The position numbers were made by a program, and so were the translations under genes. From Octopus vulgaris (lineage: Eukaryota), in NCBI GenBank assembly GCA_951406725.2, contig OX597832.1, positions 67,084,001 through 67,148,000 on the forward strand: a stretch of 64,000 nucleotides of DNA. The letters run 5' to 3'. This document shows, piece by piece, positions 25,867 through 40,406 of this stretch. The notes under the pieces were generated by a model. That model was not told the origin of the DNA and ran no database searches. It saw nothing but the letters and a program-made list of their open reading frames with translations. The first letter of the stretch is position 1, and each line of letters starts with the position of its first letter.

Positions 25867-26330
25867 GGCGAATGACTGATAAGTGATATTACAGTATGAC
25901 TGAAAGCTTGGAGAAGGGATGTAGTTAAGTATCTTCAGGTAACATAACATAGATATTTAAATGGATGGGTTTTTTAAGTTTGTGGTCAGTACAATCTTTT
26001 GGATACCTCTGAGACATGTTTCTCCTGGTATCTTATCTAGATGACTCTGACATCCCAATTTCATCATACATAGAGCACCTACAATAACAGGAACAGTGCT
26101 TGTTTTAATATACCACGTCTTTTGTATTTCAATTTCCAAGTCCTTATATTTATTTAGTTTCTCAAATTCCTCGACATATATTTTTATCAATAGGAACACA
26201 TACTTCTATTAGAATACAGTTATTCTCTTCTCTGGCTTTAATAATTAGATCTGGTCGATTATCCTGGATCGTTCTGTCTGTGCTGACTCGAAAATCCCAG
26301 AGTACAGTGACATTTCTTACTGTTTTGTTC
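25867..26330 (-). mobile_element. R4-type RLE/C-terminal fragment (family D), copy 1
   Basis: ORF 25957-26199 reads EFEKLNKYKDLEIEIQKTW..VPVIVGAL..IQKIVL. Its 3' UTR (ACAGTATGACTGAAA on the + strand) is shared with 26680-26760. Confidence 0.75.
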
Positions 26331-26589
26331 CACTTGTATTTGATAATTTATAAATATTCCGAAGTTGATTTCGCATGTGATTTTGCTCGTTTCAGTGAGA
26401 CATCGTGCATGGGAGAAACTGTGTTTTGTATGGCAGCAACATTTCGTTTTTATGATTATTTTCGATGAAAGGCCGCTTCCTTGAAGTCTTCTACAGGTTC
26501 TTTCATCCCATCCCACCGAGGTTATTAGATTAGATTCGTTTTTGTATATGGAGCCCTGCGTAGCACATCTATGTTGTTGTTGTGATTAT

Positions 26590-27420
26590 CATTATTATTT
26601 ACTTTTAATCTACACGTTTGTTATACTCACTTGCTGAAACACACCCGGCTTTGTAGGGTGAGCGCAGGATAAGAGATGCTACAGTATGACTGAAAACTTG
26701 GGAGGGAAAGTGGCAGGGGCAGTAGCAAAATATCTTCATGTAATGCAACACAGACATTTAAACTCATAGGGTTTTTCTAAGGATGTGGTCACTAATTGTC
26801 AGCACTATTTTGGGGATTTCTCTGAGACTTGATTCCCTGGGATAATATCTAGATGTTTCTGAGATGCCTTTTTATCATACCAAGGGTACCTACAATAGCA
26901 GAAACAATTCTTGCATTAAGGTGTCTCATCTTTTGTATCCAGGTCCTTATATTTATTTAATATGCAAATTCTTTTAGAAAAATATTTTTATTACTGGGAA
27001 GACTTACATCCATTAGTCTACAATTATTTTCTTCACTGTCTTTAATAATATTGTCTGGTCGATTTAATCTGGATCTCTCTGTCGGTGTTGACTGGAAAAA
27101 GCCAAGGGGATAGTGACATTTTTAACTTCAACGACAACCTCAAGATGACGTTCATACCAGTAAGCAGGAATGCTGATTTTGTAGTGTTTACATAGTTTCC
27201 AATGAAGATATTGTCTTACCCTATCGTAGCTATTTTTGAAGTCGGTTAGTATCAGCTCAGGACATTCCGAAAGGAGCTGGTCTATTGTTTCATAAAATAT
27301 GTCGCAGAATCTGAAGAACGTTAGTCTGATAGTTTCTGGTACGAAAGCTTTGATCATGTACCACCAACATGAAACCTTCAGTCTGTGCTTTCAGCCGCTG
27401 ATGGATTGTTACTTGGACTA
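26590..27420 (-). mobile_element. R4-type CCHC/RLE fragment (family D), copy 2
   Basis: ORF 27064-27357 reads RFC..ETIDQLLSEC..YDRVRQYLHWKLCKHY..WYERH; upstream is LKAQTEGF. Confidence 0.78.
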
Positions 27421-28324
27421 CATAAGCATTTCAACTTCGAGAGACGGACCGTGATGAAAACTGGCTGTTAAAATTCAAAACGATCTAGTTAAAAACAAAA
27501 AAAAACAAAACGAGTAAAAGTGACAGAATGAAAGATAAACATATGGCTAAGCAACAGCAACAGTCCTCATCCACACAAGAAGTGGAAAGGAAAGGAATCA
27601 CAACAACAGCAAATGCGCCCACAACAGACACTACATCGACACCACCAAATCTAGCACCTTAAACACAAGCCATTCGACGCACAAACCACAACAACAATCA
27701 CAGCCACCACCACTACCACCAGAACAACAATAGTAACAGCAACAACAACAATATCAAAAACAACTGCAAAAACAAAGAAATTAAAGGCAGTAACATTACG
27801 AACTACATGGCAATAAACTAAAAAAACGATGAATTAATGAAATATATAATACTCACAAACATTTCACCGAAAAATTTTGTCACACCCACTTTTTCCCAAC
27901 GTGCGCACATACAAATCAATCAAACAATACAAAACATTTACACACACTTAGAAACGCAATTCCCACAGATAATTGAAGATTTTTTGGGAAATACCAAAGA
28001 CAGAGCACCCATGGTTTTTATGGGATTTGTCCACGTGCTGCCCTCAAATGTGTCCTCCATACTGAGGAATACATATTGTTGATCTCTTTGTTTAAAAAAA
28101 ATTTAGTCTTGTTTACACGCAAATCCCTCACAACTACAAAAGCTCACACACATACACACACGCATTTTTGTTTTGCCCTGTGCTGTCCACAATATTTTTC
28201 TTCGTGTAAACCCTTGTGTTTAATAAATAAATCATCATCATCCCTATTTTTATTATTATTATTATTATCATTATTATTATTATTATTATTGTTGTTGTTG
28301 GTGTTGTTGTTATTGTTATTATTA

Positions 28325-28387
<63 letters not shown>

Positions 28388-28424
28388 GAAGAAGAAGAAG
28401 AAGAAGAAGAAGAAGAAGAAGAAG

Positions 28425-28462
28425 AATTTCATGGACGGAAACTGAAAGAAGCCCGTAATATA

Positions 28463-28498
<36 letters not shown>

Positions 28499-28732
28499 TA
28501 TGTGTGTGTGTGTGTGCGTGTTTATGTGTTTGTATGTCTGTGTTTGTCCTCCCAACATCACTTGACAACCGATGCTGGTGCGTTTACGTCACCGTAAATT
28601 AGCCGTTCGGTAAAAGTGACCGATAGAAAAAGTACTAGGCTTACAAAAAATAAGTCCTTGAGTCGATTTGCTCGACTAAAGGCGGTACTCTAGCATGGCC
28701 CCGGCCAAACGACTGAAACAAGTAAAAGAGAA
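28425..28732 (+). mobile_element. tRNA-derived SINE lacking its head, with an internal (TA)/(TG) microsatellite
   Basis: GACGGAAACTGAAAGAAGCCCGT...GTTTACGTCACCGTAA..GACCGATAGAAAAAGTACTAGG..GACTAAAGGCGGTACTCTAGCATGGCC..GACTGAAAC; homologous to 9400-9612. Confidence 0.75.
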
Positions 28733-29547
28733 AAGATACCGTTCCAAATGTTCGCTGTCATTCTGAATGTGGCGTTGTTAGAGCTAAGGCATTAGCACTT
28801 AGACACGAAGGGACGAAAGCCGTTCAATGGGCCTATTATCCATTCAGGCTCGATGAAATGAACACCATAGGAGCACTAAGCCAAATGTTATCGACTAGCT
28901 CCCACAAAATTTCAAGTCTTGACTTACAGTAGAAAACAGATTTTTACTATTGTTGCTGCAGGAATGTATCTTGAAATATATGAAATAATGCGGCATACTA
29001 CTTCCACGGAAGCTGTATATTTTCAAATAGAAAAATCCACATTCTTCCGACAACTAAACCAATACCACAAAGTCATCCATTTCAGTTTATTATCCTATAT
29101 GCTATAGAGTATATGTATGTTTTCAATATTATTAGCAGTTGTCCTGTTAATAGGGGTTATTTGCATTATATGGAAATATTAACACGACACCTAATATGAG
29201 TAGTACGGCCCATATTAATAACATTCGTATTGGCTTTTATATATGGCTGCATAGATGCATATATATTTATACAATTAGAGCGCTTCTCGATTATTATTAT
29301 TATTATTATTATTGTCGTCGTCGTCGTCGTCATCATCAAGATCATCGTTCTTGTCGTTGTTGATAATAATGATGATGATGATTATGATGATTATGATGAT
29401 GAAGAAAGCGACGAAGTTATCATCATTACCATCACCAGCAATACCATCCCCATCATCTTCATACTCGACCTAACATTGTATTTGGAGATACTGTTGGGGA
29501 AATATAAAGAAATATCACGAATATGCATGTATATATATATGTATATA

Positions 29548-29606
<59 letters not shown>

Positions 29607-29638
29607 AAATATCATATATCCATAAACATTCACATACT

Positions 29639-29672
<34 letters not shown>

Positions 29673-29807
29673 CATGTCTATATATTTACATAAAATGCGT
29701 GTGTTACGTATATATGTGTGTGTGTGCGCATGTGCGTGTACATATATATATACATATATATACATGCATATAGAAATATATATATATATGCAAACATCTA
29801 CATGCAT

Positions 29808-29840
<33 letters not shown>

Positions 29841-31619
29841 TTATATACACACATATACATATTTAAGTATATATACATATATACATATATATATATATGT
29901 GTGTGTGTGTGTGTTACTGTACTGATGTGTGTGGGTATGTGTAACTTACGTGAATACAGATTTAAATTACAGTTGCTACTTCGTAAAGAACTTAACATTA
30001 TTAATAGCATGAGCGAGGTTATATTTATATCTCATGCTGTGTCGTTTATATGGCTTCTGAAATTCCCCATTAAACTCAACACGGCAATGTGATCAATTCA
30101 GAAAGTTTTAAAATATATTCAAATATTGCTGTCTTATCAGTAACCTGTGTTTTCAATAGTGTTTCAGGTATTTGGGTAAGCATAACTTAATGGTTTAATG
30201 CCTCACTTCAAAACTACGTAATTTCGAGTTCGAGACACAAACTGCTCTGTACTTCAGGTATTTTGTACTCGAGCCAGTTATCGACAAAATCTTATAGATT
30301 TGCGTGGAACCTAGAAGGATGTTACAATAATTGTTGTTGGTTTAATCCGCAACACAATAATTACGACTTTAGTGAATTTAGTAGAGGGCGTTTTGTTGGA
30401 AGATGGTTCTCTTCCCTGGGGTTACTTGACCCCACGACGACTACTACATAGAAACCCTCGAAAAGATTAATAATTACCAACATTTTTCCTCTGATCATTC
30501 AGTTAACAAAAAATTATTTCGTTTATATCATTCTGTATGTCTACGATCCGGTTTCAAATTTCATTTGGTGGGGAGTTTCCTTATTCTTTCTTTTAGGTTC
30601 GTTAACTCCATAGCATTTAATTTAATCATGTTTAGCAAGTATCTTCTGGCGCTTCAACGATTGACAAACGATTAGCGTAGATCGCGACAGTTGTGCTAAT
30701 ACGTTAAATGTGTGCTTTTAGCGTAACACACTTTTCGCAACCTTGCTAAATAGGAATACGGATATTTGTTATGTGTATGAAAATGTAAATACCTAAAGAT
30801 TTCATAAAAGCCATTAACTGTTCGAGCAAACAACCATTGAGTGATGATTGGTATACAGCCATCGACACAACACTATCTCTTTTATCAAACTGATCAATTC
30901 CCATAGATCATGTCCATCTATCTTAATATGTAACCGTTTGCATTATAAACATATGCAACCCTGTAAGATTTATGAGTGTTTCTTTTCCACATGACATCAA
31001 CTTCCAGAAAATTTGTTCGGCGCTAAGTATGGAGGCACAGTTAATTACAGGTTTTGACATGGAATGTCATAAACACCGCTGAAACATATGTTGACTTTAT
31101 TTCGCATGAGAAATTAGGACTTAAATTTAAAGTGTCGTGTGTAATATCTCAGATATCTTCACATTTATCATCGCCTAAAATATACCCTCGCTTCAGTATA
31201 GCAATTTGGCTCTGACAATAAATTTAGTTCACAACTTAAAACATGCATTTTTCATAAATCTTTATATCTCTTTCATAATAAACTTGTTCACCCCCAGCAA
31301 ACATTGGCTACGTTGCTAGTCAATTCAGTTGAAATCATTACATGCCTTTGGCGGGGAAACCTGAGTACGGACGGTGTTGATTCCCGTAACTGTAAGGAAA
31401 ATTAAAATAAATTTAGCAACGTTCTTTTCCCTTGTATTTTATGAACCGTGCATTAATTATGTTAGCATCTAATCAACATTAAGAAAACCCAGAAAACGTA
31501 AACAGATATTGAGCTCATTGACAAAGTGCTCAGTATAATTCTAGCAAATACTGGAATCGGAAAAGATACCTTAATGTGTAAAACATCTCAGATGTGGATG
31601 CGGAAGCAGGTTTAGCTTT

Positions 31620-31998
31620 TAAATTTCACTTGCTTCAATCATGGAATTGCGATCGGCCATGCTAAAGCAACACGTAAAGGGTTTAAGCGGAATAAATTTG
31701 ACACCATTTCACAGTTCCTTAAGTCTTGTACTTATTCCATCGGTCTCTTTTGCCGAACAGCTAGGTAACTAGAGCCATTACAAATTTCGATTGGCGAGCA
31801 AAGGTGGGATACAAGCACAAACATGCACACACATATATACATACAAATACGTATATATGAATGGTATATACACAGTTATCATACAAAATTCACTGACAAA
31901 ATTTTGTTAGGGCCATGGCTATAGTCGAAGATTCTCCAAAATACAACCAGTCCCATAGTGGTGTGACGAGGTTCTTAACCACACAGACAGAGCTGCGT
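31620..31998 (-). mobile_element. Degenerate near-full-length SINE of the same family
   Basis: Contains GTACTTATTCCATCGGTCTCTTTTGCCGAACAGCTA. A head-like CTGTGTGGTTAAGAA lies on the minus strand at ~31975-31990. Confidence 0.6.
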
Positions 31999-32355
31999 AA
32001 TTATTAAGCTATTATCTCTCATGATAAGACGATAACTCACAAGTAATTCATGATTAATTAATGAAAACCATAGAGATGTGATAACAGATAAAACTCACTT
32101 CGTATAGTGAATATCAAAACAAACTCCTTTTATTCATTCCATTGTTCATGCTCAAATTAAAATCGGTTTATATCATTTTGAATGAAACTGCGGTTTTTGC
32201 TTATAAACCGGATGATGCTTTTAAAAGTTTAGATTCTTAAAATTATGCTTATCAAGTGATTTAAAAGACTTACGTGAAATCGCCTGATTAATTTTGATAT
32301 CAATCATCGTAAACTTTCGGTAACTTTCAAATCCTAAAACAAAATTATGTGAATA

Positions 32356-32461
<106 letters not shown>

Positions 32462-32562
32462 TTACTAACAACAACAACAGCAACAAAAAACAATAACATC
32501 AACAATAATTTTTTAACAAAAACAACAACGATAACATTCATTAGTACAACACCCCCACCACC

Positions 32563-32681
32563 CAAATATATGGCACACTAGGCATAACAACAACATGAAT
32601 TTCCAACCCTGTTGTCTCTTGAGGTCTCTGGGTGAGACTTGGAGCCAACTTGTACAAATATAAAGCAAAAGTCAAACATAG
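32563..32681 (+). mobile_element. Isolated 3' UTR-like end of another (AAT)n-tailed element (family F)
   Basis: Unique sequence between (AAT/AAC)n tracts, with the hairpin GTCTC-TGGGT-GAGAC placed as in the other 3' ends. Confidence 0.45.
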
Positions 32682-32695
32682 AATAATAATAATAA

Positions 32696-34222
32696 CATAC
32701 ACATATTTTGGGATAAATGAAGGCTCTGGTATTCAGCATGCACGCACGAAAGAGAAGATCAGGAGGGAATGTTATAGGAGACTTAATGCAGTCCTGAAAT
32801 CTGAACTAAATACACGTAACAAGGTGTTAGCTATAAATTCCTTAGCAGTTCAAGTTGTTATTTATAGCTACAATGTGTTGAACTGGAATATGAGCGAAGT
32901 AAAGAATATACATAGGAAAATATGCAAGCTGCTGAGTTGTAATAGGATGCACCACCCGAAGGCAGACGTAGATCGCCTTTACATTCCCAGAGCCCAAGGA
33001 GGTCGAGGCCTGATCCAATTTGAACTCGCTTACAAAACAACCATAATTGGACTGGCCAAATATCTTGAAATAACGAATGACTGGATGCTAAAGCTCGTGG
33101 AAAATCACGAGAGACGAAAGAAGCTTCATTCTATCACAAAGGAAAGCAAAGAATGTGCTATTGATCTCGTGCAGGATACCCAAACTGAACAACCCGAAGG
33201 AAGTACGGCAACTATTGTTGCAAAGAAGGTGAAAATAATGGCAACGAAAAAAGCGCACGAGCAATTGGCTGATAGGTGGAAGGAGAAACTTCTGCACGGC
33301 AAATATGTGGCCCGCAGCAAACAAGCTGATGTTGACCAGAAGCAGACCCATCAGTGGCTACGGAGCTCAGGGCTAAAAGCAGAGAGCGAAGGTTTCATCC
33401 TAGCTGCTCAAGAACAAAGCCTATTAACCCGGAACTACCAGGCCAATGTGATGAAAAATGGAGGAGACCCAAAATGCCGATTCTGCAACGACATGATCGA
33501 AACAGTTGACCACCTAATCTCTGGATGTAAAGTCTTTGCACCAGTGGAGTATAAATTAAGACATGACAGAGTTGGCTAATATCTACACTGGCTAATAAGT
33601 CGGCATTACATTATCAAAACTGCCGACAAGTGGTATAATCACCACCCTGAGGCTGTAACTGAAGGAGAAAATGTAACGATTCTGTGGGACTTTCCAGTAC
33701 ACACAGACCGAACCATCAAAGCCAATAAACCAGATATTGTTGTGAAAGACCAAAATAATAAAGTTTGCTTATTGATCGACATGAGCATCCCCTGTGATCA
33801 TAATATCTCGCCGAAAGAGCTTGACAAGCTCAGAAAATATAAAGACCTGCTCATTGAAACTGAGAAAATGTGGCATCTCAAGGCGGTTACAATACCAGTG
33901 ATCGTAGATGCACTAGGAATGATCAAGAAGGGAACCGAAAATTATATGAGAATGATCCCTGGCTTACCATCTCTGCAAGAAGTGCAAAAGATTGTCCTAA
34001 CTGGTACATCACACGTATTGAGAAGAGCATTTTCGATGTGAGAACTATTACTACCCATGTATTTTAATTTAACTTAAAAAAAAAATTAACGAACTATTGA
34101 GTTTAGTTTAATGGCCTACTAATGTATACTATGAGTTTCTTTGCCCTAGGAGTCGGGAAGACACTCGGCAAGAAATGGAAGAAAATTTGAAAGAAGAAGA
34201 AAAAAAAAATAATAATAATAAT
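32696..34222 (+). mobile_element. 5'-truncated R4/Dong-type element (family C)
   Basis: ORF 32632-33579 contains MHHPKADVDRLYIPRAQGGRGL, LKAESEGFILAAQEQ and CRFC..ETVDHLISGC. After an in-frame stop at 33577-33579 it continues KPDIVV..LIDMSIP..KYKDL..LRRAFSM* to 34041, then an (AAT)n tail. Confidence 0.93.
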
Positions 34223-34662
34223 ATGCATTAATGAGAAATATCAGAGAAATTCAATCGAATGTATTAACATCGAATTGGAAAGTCTTTCGGAAACGTATTT
34301 TCAAAATGTTTCGCGGCTAAGTGAATTTAGTTCTTGGTTAAATAGAAACTCGTCATAATGGCGAAATGAAATTCTGTTTTATTATTTTCGTCTGCCGTTG
34401 GTAGTCATTGTTCACAGCAAAATGAAATAGTTACTATGTCGATATTTGATATTTTGTATATCAAAATTGTCCGAATGGTTTGGTGAGAAGACAACATAAG
34501 ATGTACTATTACTAGCATTACTGATATAGGTATGTGTGTGTAAGTTTATGTATGTGTGCGTGTGTGTGTATGTATGTATTATATGTAGGTATATATGTAT
34601 GTATGTGAATATATATATGCACATATATTTGCGCCTTTAAGATGATTTCGATAGGGATGCAT

Positions 34663-34733
<71 letters not shown>

Positions 34734-34788
34734 TATATATATATATAACATTTATAAATAGGCTATTTTAAATAAATGTATACATACA

Positions 34789-34829
<41 letters not shown>

Positions 34830-35793
34830 TTATTTACATATATACACGCAAATAGATGTTTATCTGTGTAGGTGTGTTTATATGTTTGCAACGCGAAACA
34901 GTCGCATCGAATTACTGTTACTAATTAGCGAGAAATAAGTTTGTTTTTCATTGACAAAAAATTGTATTAAATAACACAGCCTGGTGATTGTTCAAATCTA
35001 TCCTCTTGTTGGATTACAAAAACCTGAATATAATAAGGTTAGACGCCGTAATTTCTAATATATTCATACAATAAAATAACGTCCGGAGTAGTTGCAGTCA
35101 AAGAGAGTAAAACGAATCTCTCAGCTTGAAAGCCAGCATTATTGGTTTATTGAAATGTGGCGTATCATTCATTTCTTTTCTGTCTCTTTCTTTGTTTGTT
35201 TTTCTCTCTTATTTCTTTTACCCCTTCTTACATGATAGTCTTGAATAAATACTGCCTCTTATGGTTCCAAACTGTCTATGAACGACAATAAGAAATATTA
35301 CTACTTTAATTTTCGATGAGATTACAATGCTATCCAATAAATACTTTTACGATTCTAGAACTTTCTTATGAGTTAAGTTCATTTACAAAAACACACACAC
35401 AAACACACATACCGCAAACGCATACATATTTGACCAACATATACATACTTACACAAAGACACACATACACAAACACATATACATATGGATAATTGCGGCA
35501 GTGTACTGGTTATTTTAGTACAGCGGAGTCAATAGATTTTATGAAGGTATGCTAGTAAAATATATTAAGTGTGCATGCGTGTATCTATTAACTTGTGCTA
35601 ACCTATTGCTACATGAATACAATTAAACACCTTATCTGTGAATGTATTTCCTGCGTGATGTGTTGATATATATTTTACTAAGAGCTGTTCTTTAATATTC
35701 ATGACAACGGGATAATGGACTTTCAGTACATGTGTGTGAGCGTGTGCTTCTATGCATATATATTTTTATTTATACATACATACATTGATACAT

Positions 35794-35825
<32 letters not shown>

Positions 35826-35826
35826 G

Positions 35827-35878
<52 letters not shown>

Positions 35879-35888
35879 TGTGTGTCTG

Positions 35889-35964
<76 letters not shown>

Positions 35965-36579
35965 ATTCTCTCAATCTTCTCATCCGTTTATCAAGCTATC
36001 AATATATAGACATACATATATATATGTATATATATATGTATGTATATTTACATATACATACATATATACATATATGTATTATATGTATATATATATATAT
36101 ATATGCATACACAATATATATATAATATATAAGTATATGTATGTATATATATATACATATATATATATATATACATACATATATATATATATACATTTAT
36201 ATATATACATATATATATATGCATGTATTTATGTATGTATATACTCATACACGCACAGCTCCTTGTGTGTCTGCAAGTAAACTATGAGATGAACTCTGTG
36301 CAATATTTCCTTTACTGACTTGCTACTAAATGCTTTCCTTTTTTTACAATATCTTTATAAAGAGGGAAATTTCTTGGAGCCTAACATTCTCTAAATATGA
36401 TATTATGTATCAAATGTCAGTTAGTTGTAATAAAACAAAAACAAAAAAATAAAAGGAAAATTGATCAATTGAAAAGCCAGCATAATTTATAAGAATATAT
36501 TTTCAGCATCCAGTTAATATACACAAGATTTTATGCATATATGCACATGTAAAAACATATATACATATAGATTTATAAA

Positions 36580-36603
36580 TATAGATAGATAGATAGATAG
36601 ACT

Positions 36604-36672
<69 letters not shown>
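36580..36672. repeat. (GATA)n tetranucleotide microsatellite
   Basis: Seen directly. Confidence 0.95.
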
Positions 36673-36831
36673 GGATGAGGCTATATAAATAGTATTTAGC
36701 AGACTTCACTCTATTGCAAATACTCTGGCAACAGCTCCGGTTTAAGTATAAATGCATCCCCACGACTGGGTTTTGGAGACGTTATGAATGATTATAGACT
36801 GTTTTCCCTCGCGATTTAAGGTTGTACATAT

Positions 36832-36866
<35 letters not shown>

Positions 36867-37460
36867 AAGAACGCAAACCCACGCACACACACACGTACGC
36901 GCGCACATACACACATATTTGCAGGCTTTGTGTCTATAGACGGGGGAACGTGGCAGTAAGGGAGGATAGTAGGAGAGCACTTCTTTGTCCGTTGTGGGTG
37001 TACAGTAATGTAAACTGAAGTGATCGATCGTAGTTTGTTATAAGACGTTTGTAACCTCTTATGAATCATTTCCTTGTCCAGTTAACTATAGTCTACAGAG
37101 GCATAATATGCAGAGCATGATGACTCTCTTTCTATATAACAGTATTTCTCGTGGTATTTTAGGGTTTACAAAATGTTTGTTGATTGAACATTTGGTCACA
37201 CAGTACAGATCTCCTTGAGATCGAACTTCCTGTGGTTATTATTAGCTTGCTTTAAGAAATTATAATTTTGAATTTTAGAAACAGTTGGTCTGAAAATTTC
37301 ATATTACTATAAATAATCCGCTTCTATCGTGGCTATTTACATTTATGTTATATTACTGTAGACAAATGCATACAGGTCATTGCAGCTGACGTCAACACAC
37401 CCACATAAGCGCATAAGAATGATACAGTTATATGCGAACATAATGCTATATATATATATG

Positions 37461-38026
37461 TACGAAGGTGATTCAAAAAGTAATGCCATTTTGTTTAGGA
37501 CAGGTATAATTTCCAACACAAGAACATATATCATACTTTAAAATGAAACTGGTCCTCTGTGGAATACATCCCTAATTCTCAACACGGTCGCCGTTTCTCT
37601 CAATAGTAATGTTCCACCTTCGAATGAAAGCATGTTTCCCCACTCGGTAAAATTCTATTGACATTTCTTTGAGCATTTTCTTCACTACAGTTTTCCCTTC
37701 CTTGTCATTGGAATAATGTTTGACTCTCAAACCCTCTTTCATGGGGCCGAACACATGATAGTCCAGTGATGATGCTAGTCCAGTGACAACAGTGAAAACT
37801 GTAGTAAATAAGTGGCTCAAAGGCCAGTCAACATAATTTTACGGGGCAGGGAGACACGCTCTCATTCGTAGGCGGAACGTCGCTATTGGTAGAAACGGTG
37901 ACTATGTTGACAATTAGAGATGTGATCCACAGAGGATCTGCTTCATTTTTATGTATGATACATGTTACTTTGTTTGTAATTATACCTGTCCTAAACAAAA
38001 TGGCATCACTTTTGGACCCTCACGTA
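37461..38026. mobile_element. Fold-back mariner derivative made of two inverted transposase 3' ends, TA-flanked
   Basis: Termini are TACGAAGGTGATTCAAAAAGTAATGCCATTTTGTTTAGGACAGGTATAATT and AATTATACCTGTCCTAAACAAAATGGCATCACTTTTGGACCCTCACGTA. The minus arm encodes DYHVFGPMKEGL..IRRW..IERNGD; the plus arm encodes [23 protein letters not shown]. Confidence 0.88.
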
Positions 38027-38163
38027 TATAACAATAAACATGCATATATATTCCTGTATTTATGTATTATTCATATATATATATACATATATGAATATAT
38101 ATGTATATATATATACATATATACATATATATATATATACATATATGCATACGTATATATATA

Positions 38164-38223
<60 letters not shown>

Positions 38224-38264
38224 GCGCATATTGATATGAATCTGTTCAATAATGTAGTGTTCAA

Positions 38265-38435
38265 AAATTCTCTCCACAGTTTTTACTTATGGTTTTCGAA
38301 CGAATATTTTAAACAGCTTTTTTTACTTGCTCTTCAGGAAATGAGGTGTTAAATCAGGTGACCTTGGTGGCCAAAGTCCCTTCGAAATGATCCTTTCACC
38401 AAAACATTCTTCAAGTAGTGCCATGGTGATGCGCA
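38265..38435 (-). mobile_element. Tc1/mariner transposase relic
   Basis: Minus-strand translation MALLEECFGERIISKGLWPPRSPDLTP contains the WPPRSPDL(T/N)P motif. Confidence 0.7.
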
Positions 38436-39075
38436 TAAAGAAAGAAATTCACTGCGGAGAGACGTTTTGAAGACCCTGTATAAGTTGCATGTATACGCTC
38501 ACCAAAATACTATTACGTTTTACTGACGGAGTTTGCTTCAATTAGTTAATAACTTGAAATCCAGAATAAACTCAAAGGTGTAAGCTTGTGCAGTGTTTAG
38601 TTATTTTTGATACATAAGTGTACACCTTTTAGATGAAGAAAGAAGGCCACCGTTGGACATCGAATCAACAAATATTCATCAAACCACGAATGACATCTGA
38701 CTTAAAACATTACAAGTTTTAAAGTCACGCAGTAAAGATAAAGTCACAACTGCAAATAATTCTCAACATAAATTCATGAAACAGCTCAAACAACGCAAAA
38801 TTTCGTTCTTGAAACGAAGATGACTCCAACGCAAAAATTAATTCATTCAAAGCAAGAACCATCAAACATGAATAAAAAAAAAACAATGGAAAACAAGAAT
38901 CACATGCATTATGCTTCAGTATATATGACTAATAACGAGTATGAATGTCTTACCAGACACATGGAGTATACAATATTTTGTGTACTTATTATATCCAAGC
39001 ACATATATGAGTGGATAGAACTATGTCAGAAGTGTAAATTCTGACTGGATAAACACATCCTACAGGTTTGGGTAG

Positions 39076-39134
<59 letters not shown>

Positions 39135-40347
39135 AATTTATATATAAGTGCATGCATATACATACGTACATAAATGCATATAAATATATATATATGAAGC
39201 AAATATTCATGTACACAATATTATTTAATTTATTTTCTGTGAAGCACAATTTATTGTACAGCAGCGAAGAGCGAAAGTGTGAGAGAATGAATAGCATTAG
39301 CAACATAAAAACGAAGATCGAAGAAGAAAAAGAGAAATGAACGTAAAAGTTTCGAAACGATAATCATTCTAAAGAGCGAATTAAACGCTAAAAGACATAT
39401 CTAATCGACATCTGAATTACATTCTAATAAAACTAACTGTAATTGATGCCCGATGAATTTGAAGCGGGTCATAAGTACATTGGTTGATTAATGAAACCTT
39501 AAAATAAAATTTAGGAAACGCGATATTTGATATGATGATACTAATAAAAACAAATTGCATTCAGTTTCCAATGAGAAGCACTAGAATATCTAAGAAATGT
39601 CAAAGTTCGTTACCGTATAGTGCAGAGGTCATTATTTCAAATATTCTCTATTATGAAACGACTCCATCTTGCAATATACATATCAAAATTGTGCCACAAA
39701 AACTGGAAGTATAATAAACCAATATAGATCGAAAAACGACTATCTGCTAATCGAATAAAAATTTATATTATTTTCTTCTTTAAGAACTAACAAAAGCAAA
39801 TAATGTAACCCTCTGATATTGGGGTTTTATGGAATAGTTTTTCTAGAAAAATTATTATTAAAAATGCGTTTTTATGTTTCTGTTTTCATTCCCGTATGTC
39901 ATACATAAAGAATGAAATTATTTGCGGCATGATAATGATAGCTGAATATTTATTATAGTTAGATTACTAGCCAACTAGATATTTATCGAATTAGGTTATC
40001 TTCTGTTTCGTAAATTGCATGCATATGGAATCAGGAAATTTTACCGGTGTTTAAAAATGTTTACGATGCCTGACTCTGAGTAAAAACCAAATGGATAAGT
40101 ATAACTTACACTTTTCAAGAGAATTAATTCAGCAAAAACTACGAATATGTACATCAATGATCTCACTTACTGTAACTTTTTTAATGTGTTTCGATGTGTC
40201 TGAATTGCTTGTATGCATACGCATAATTACATAATTACTCGTATATTTGTATATATGCGCACACGCTCGCACGTACACATGTATATATCTATGTGTGTGT
40301 GTGAGTGTGTATGTATACGTGTGTATAAGTATGTATATGTGCTGTCT

Positions 40348-40406
<59 letters not shown>

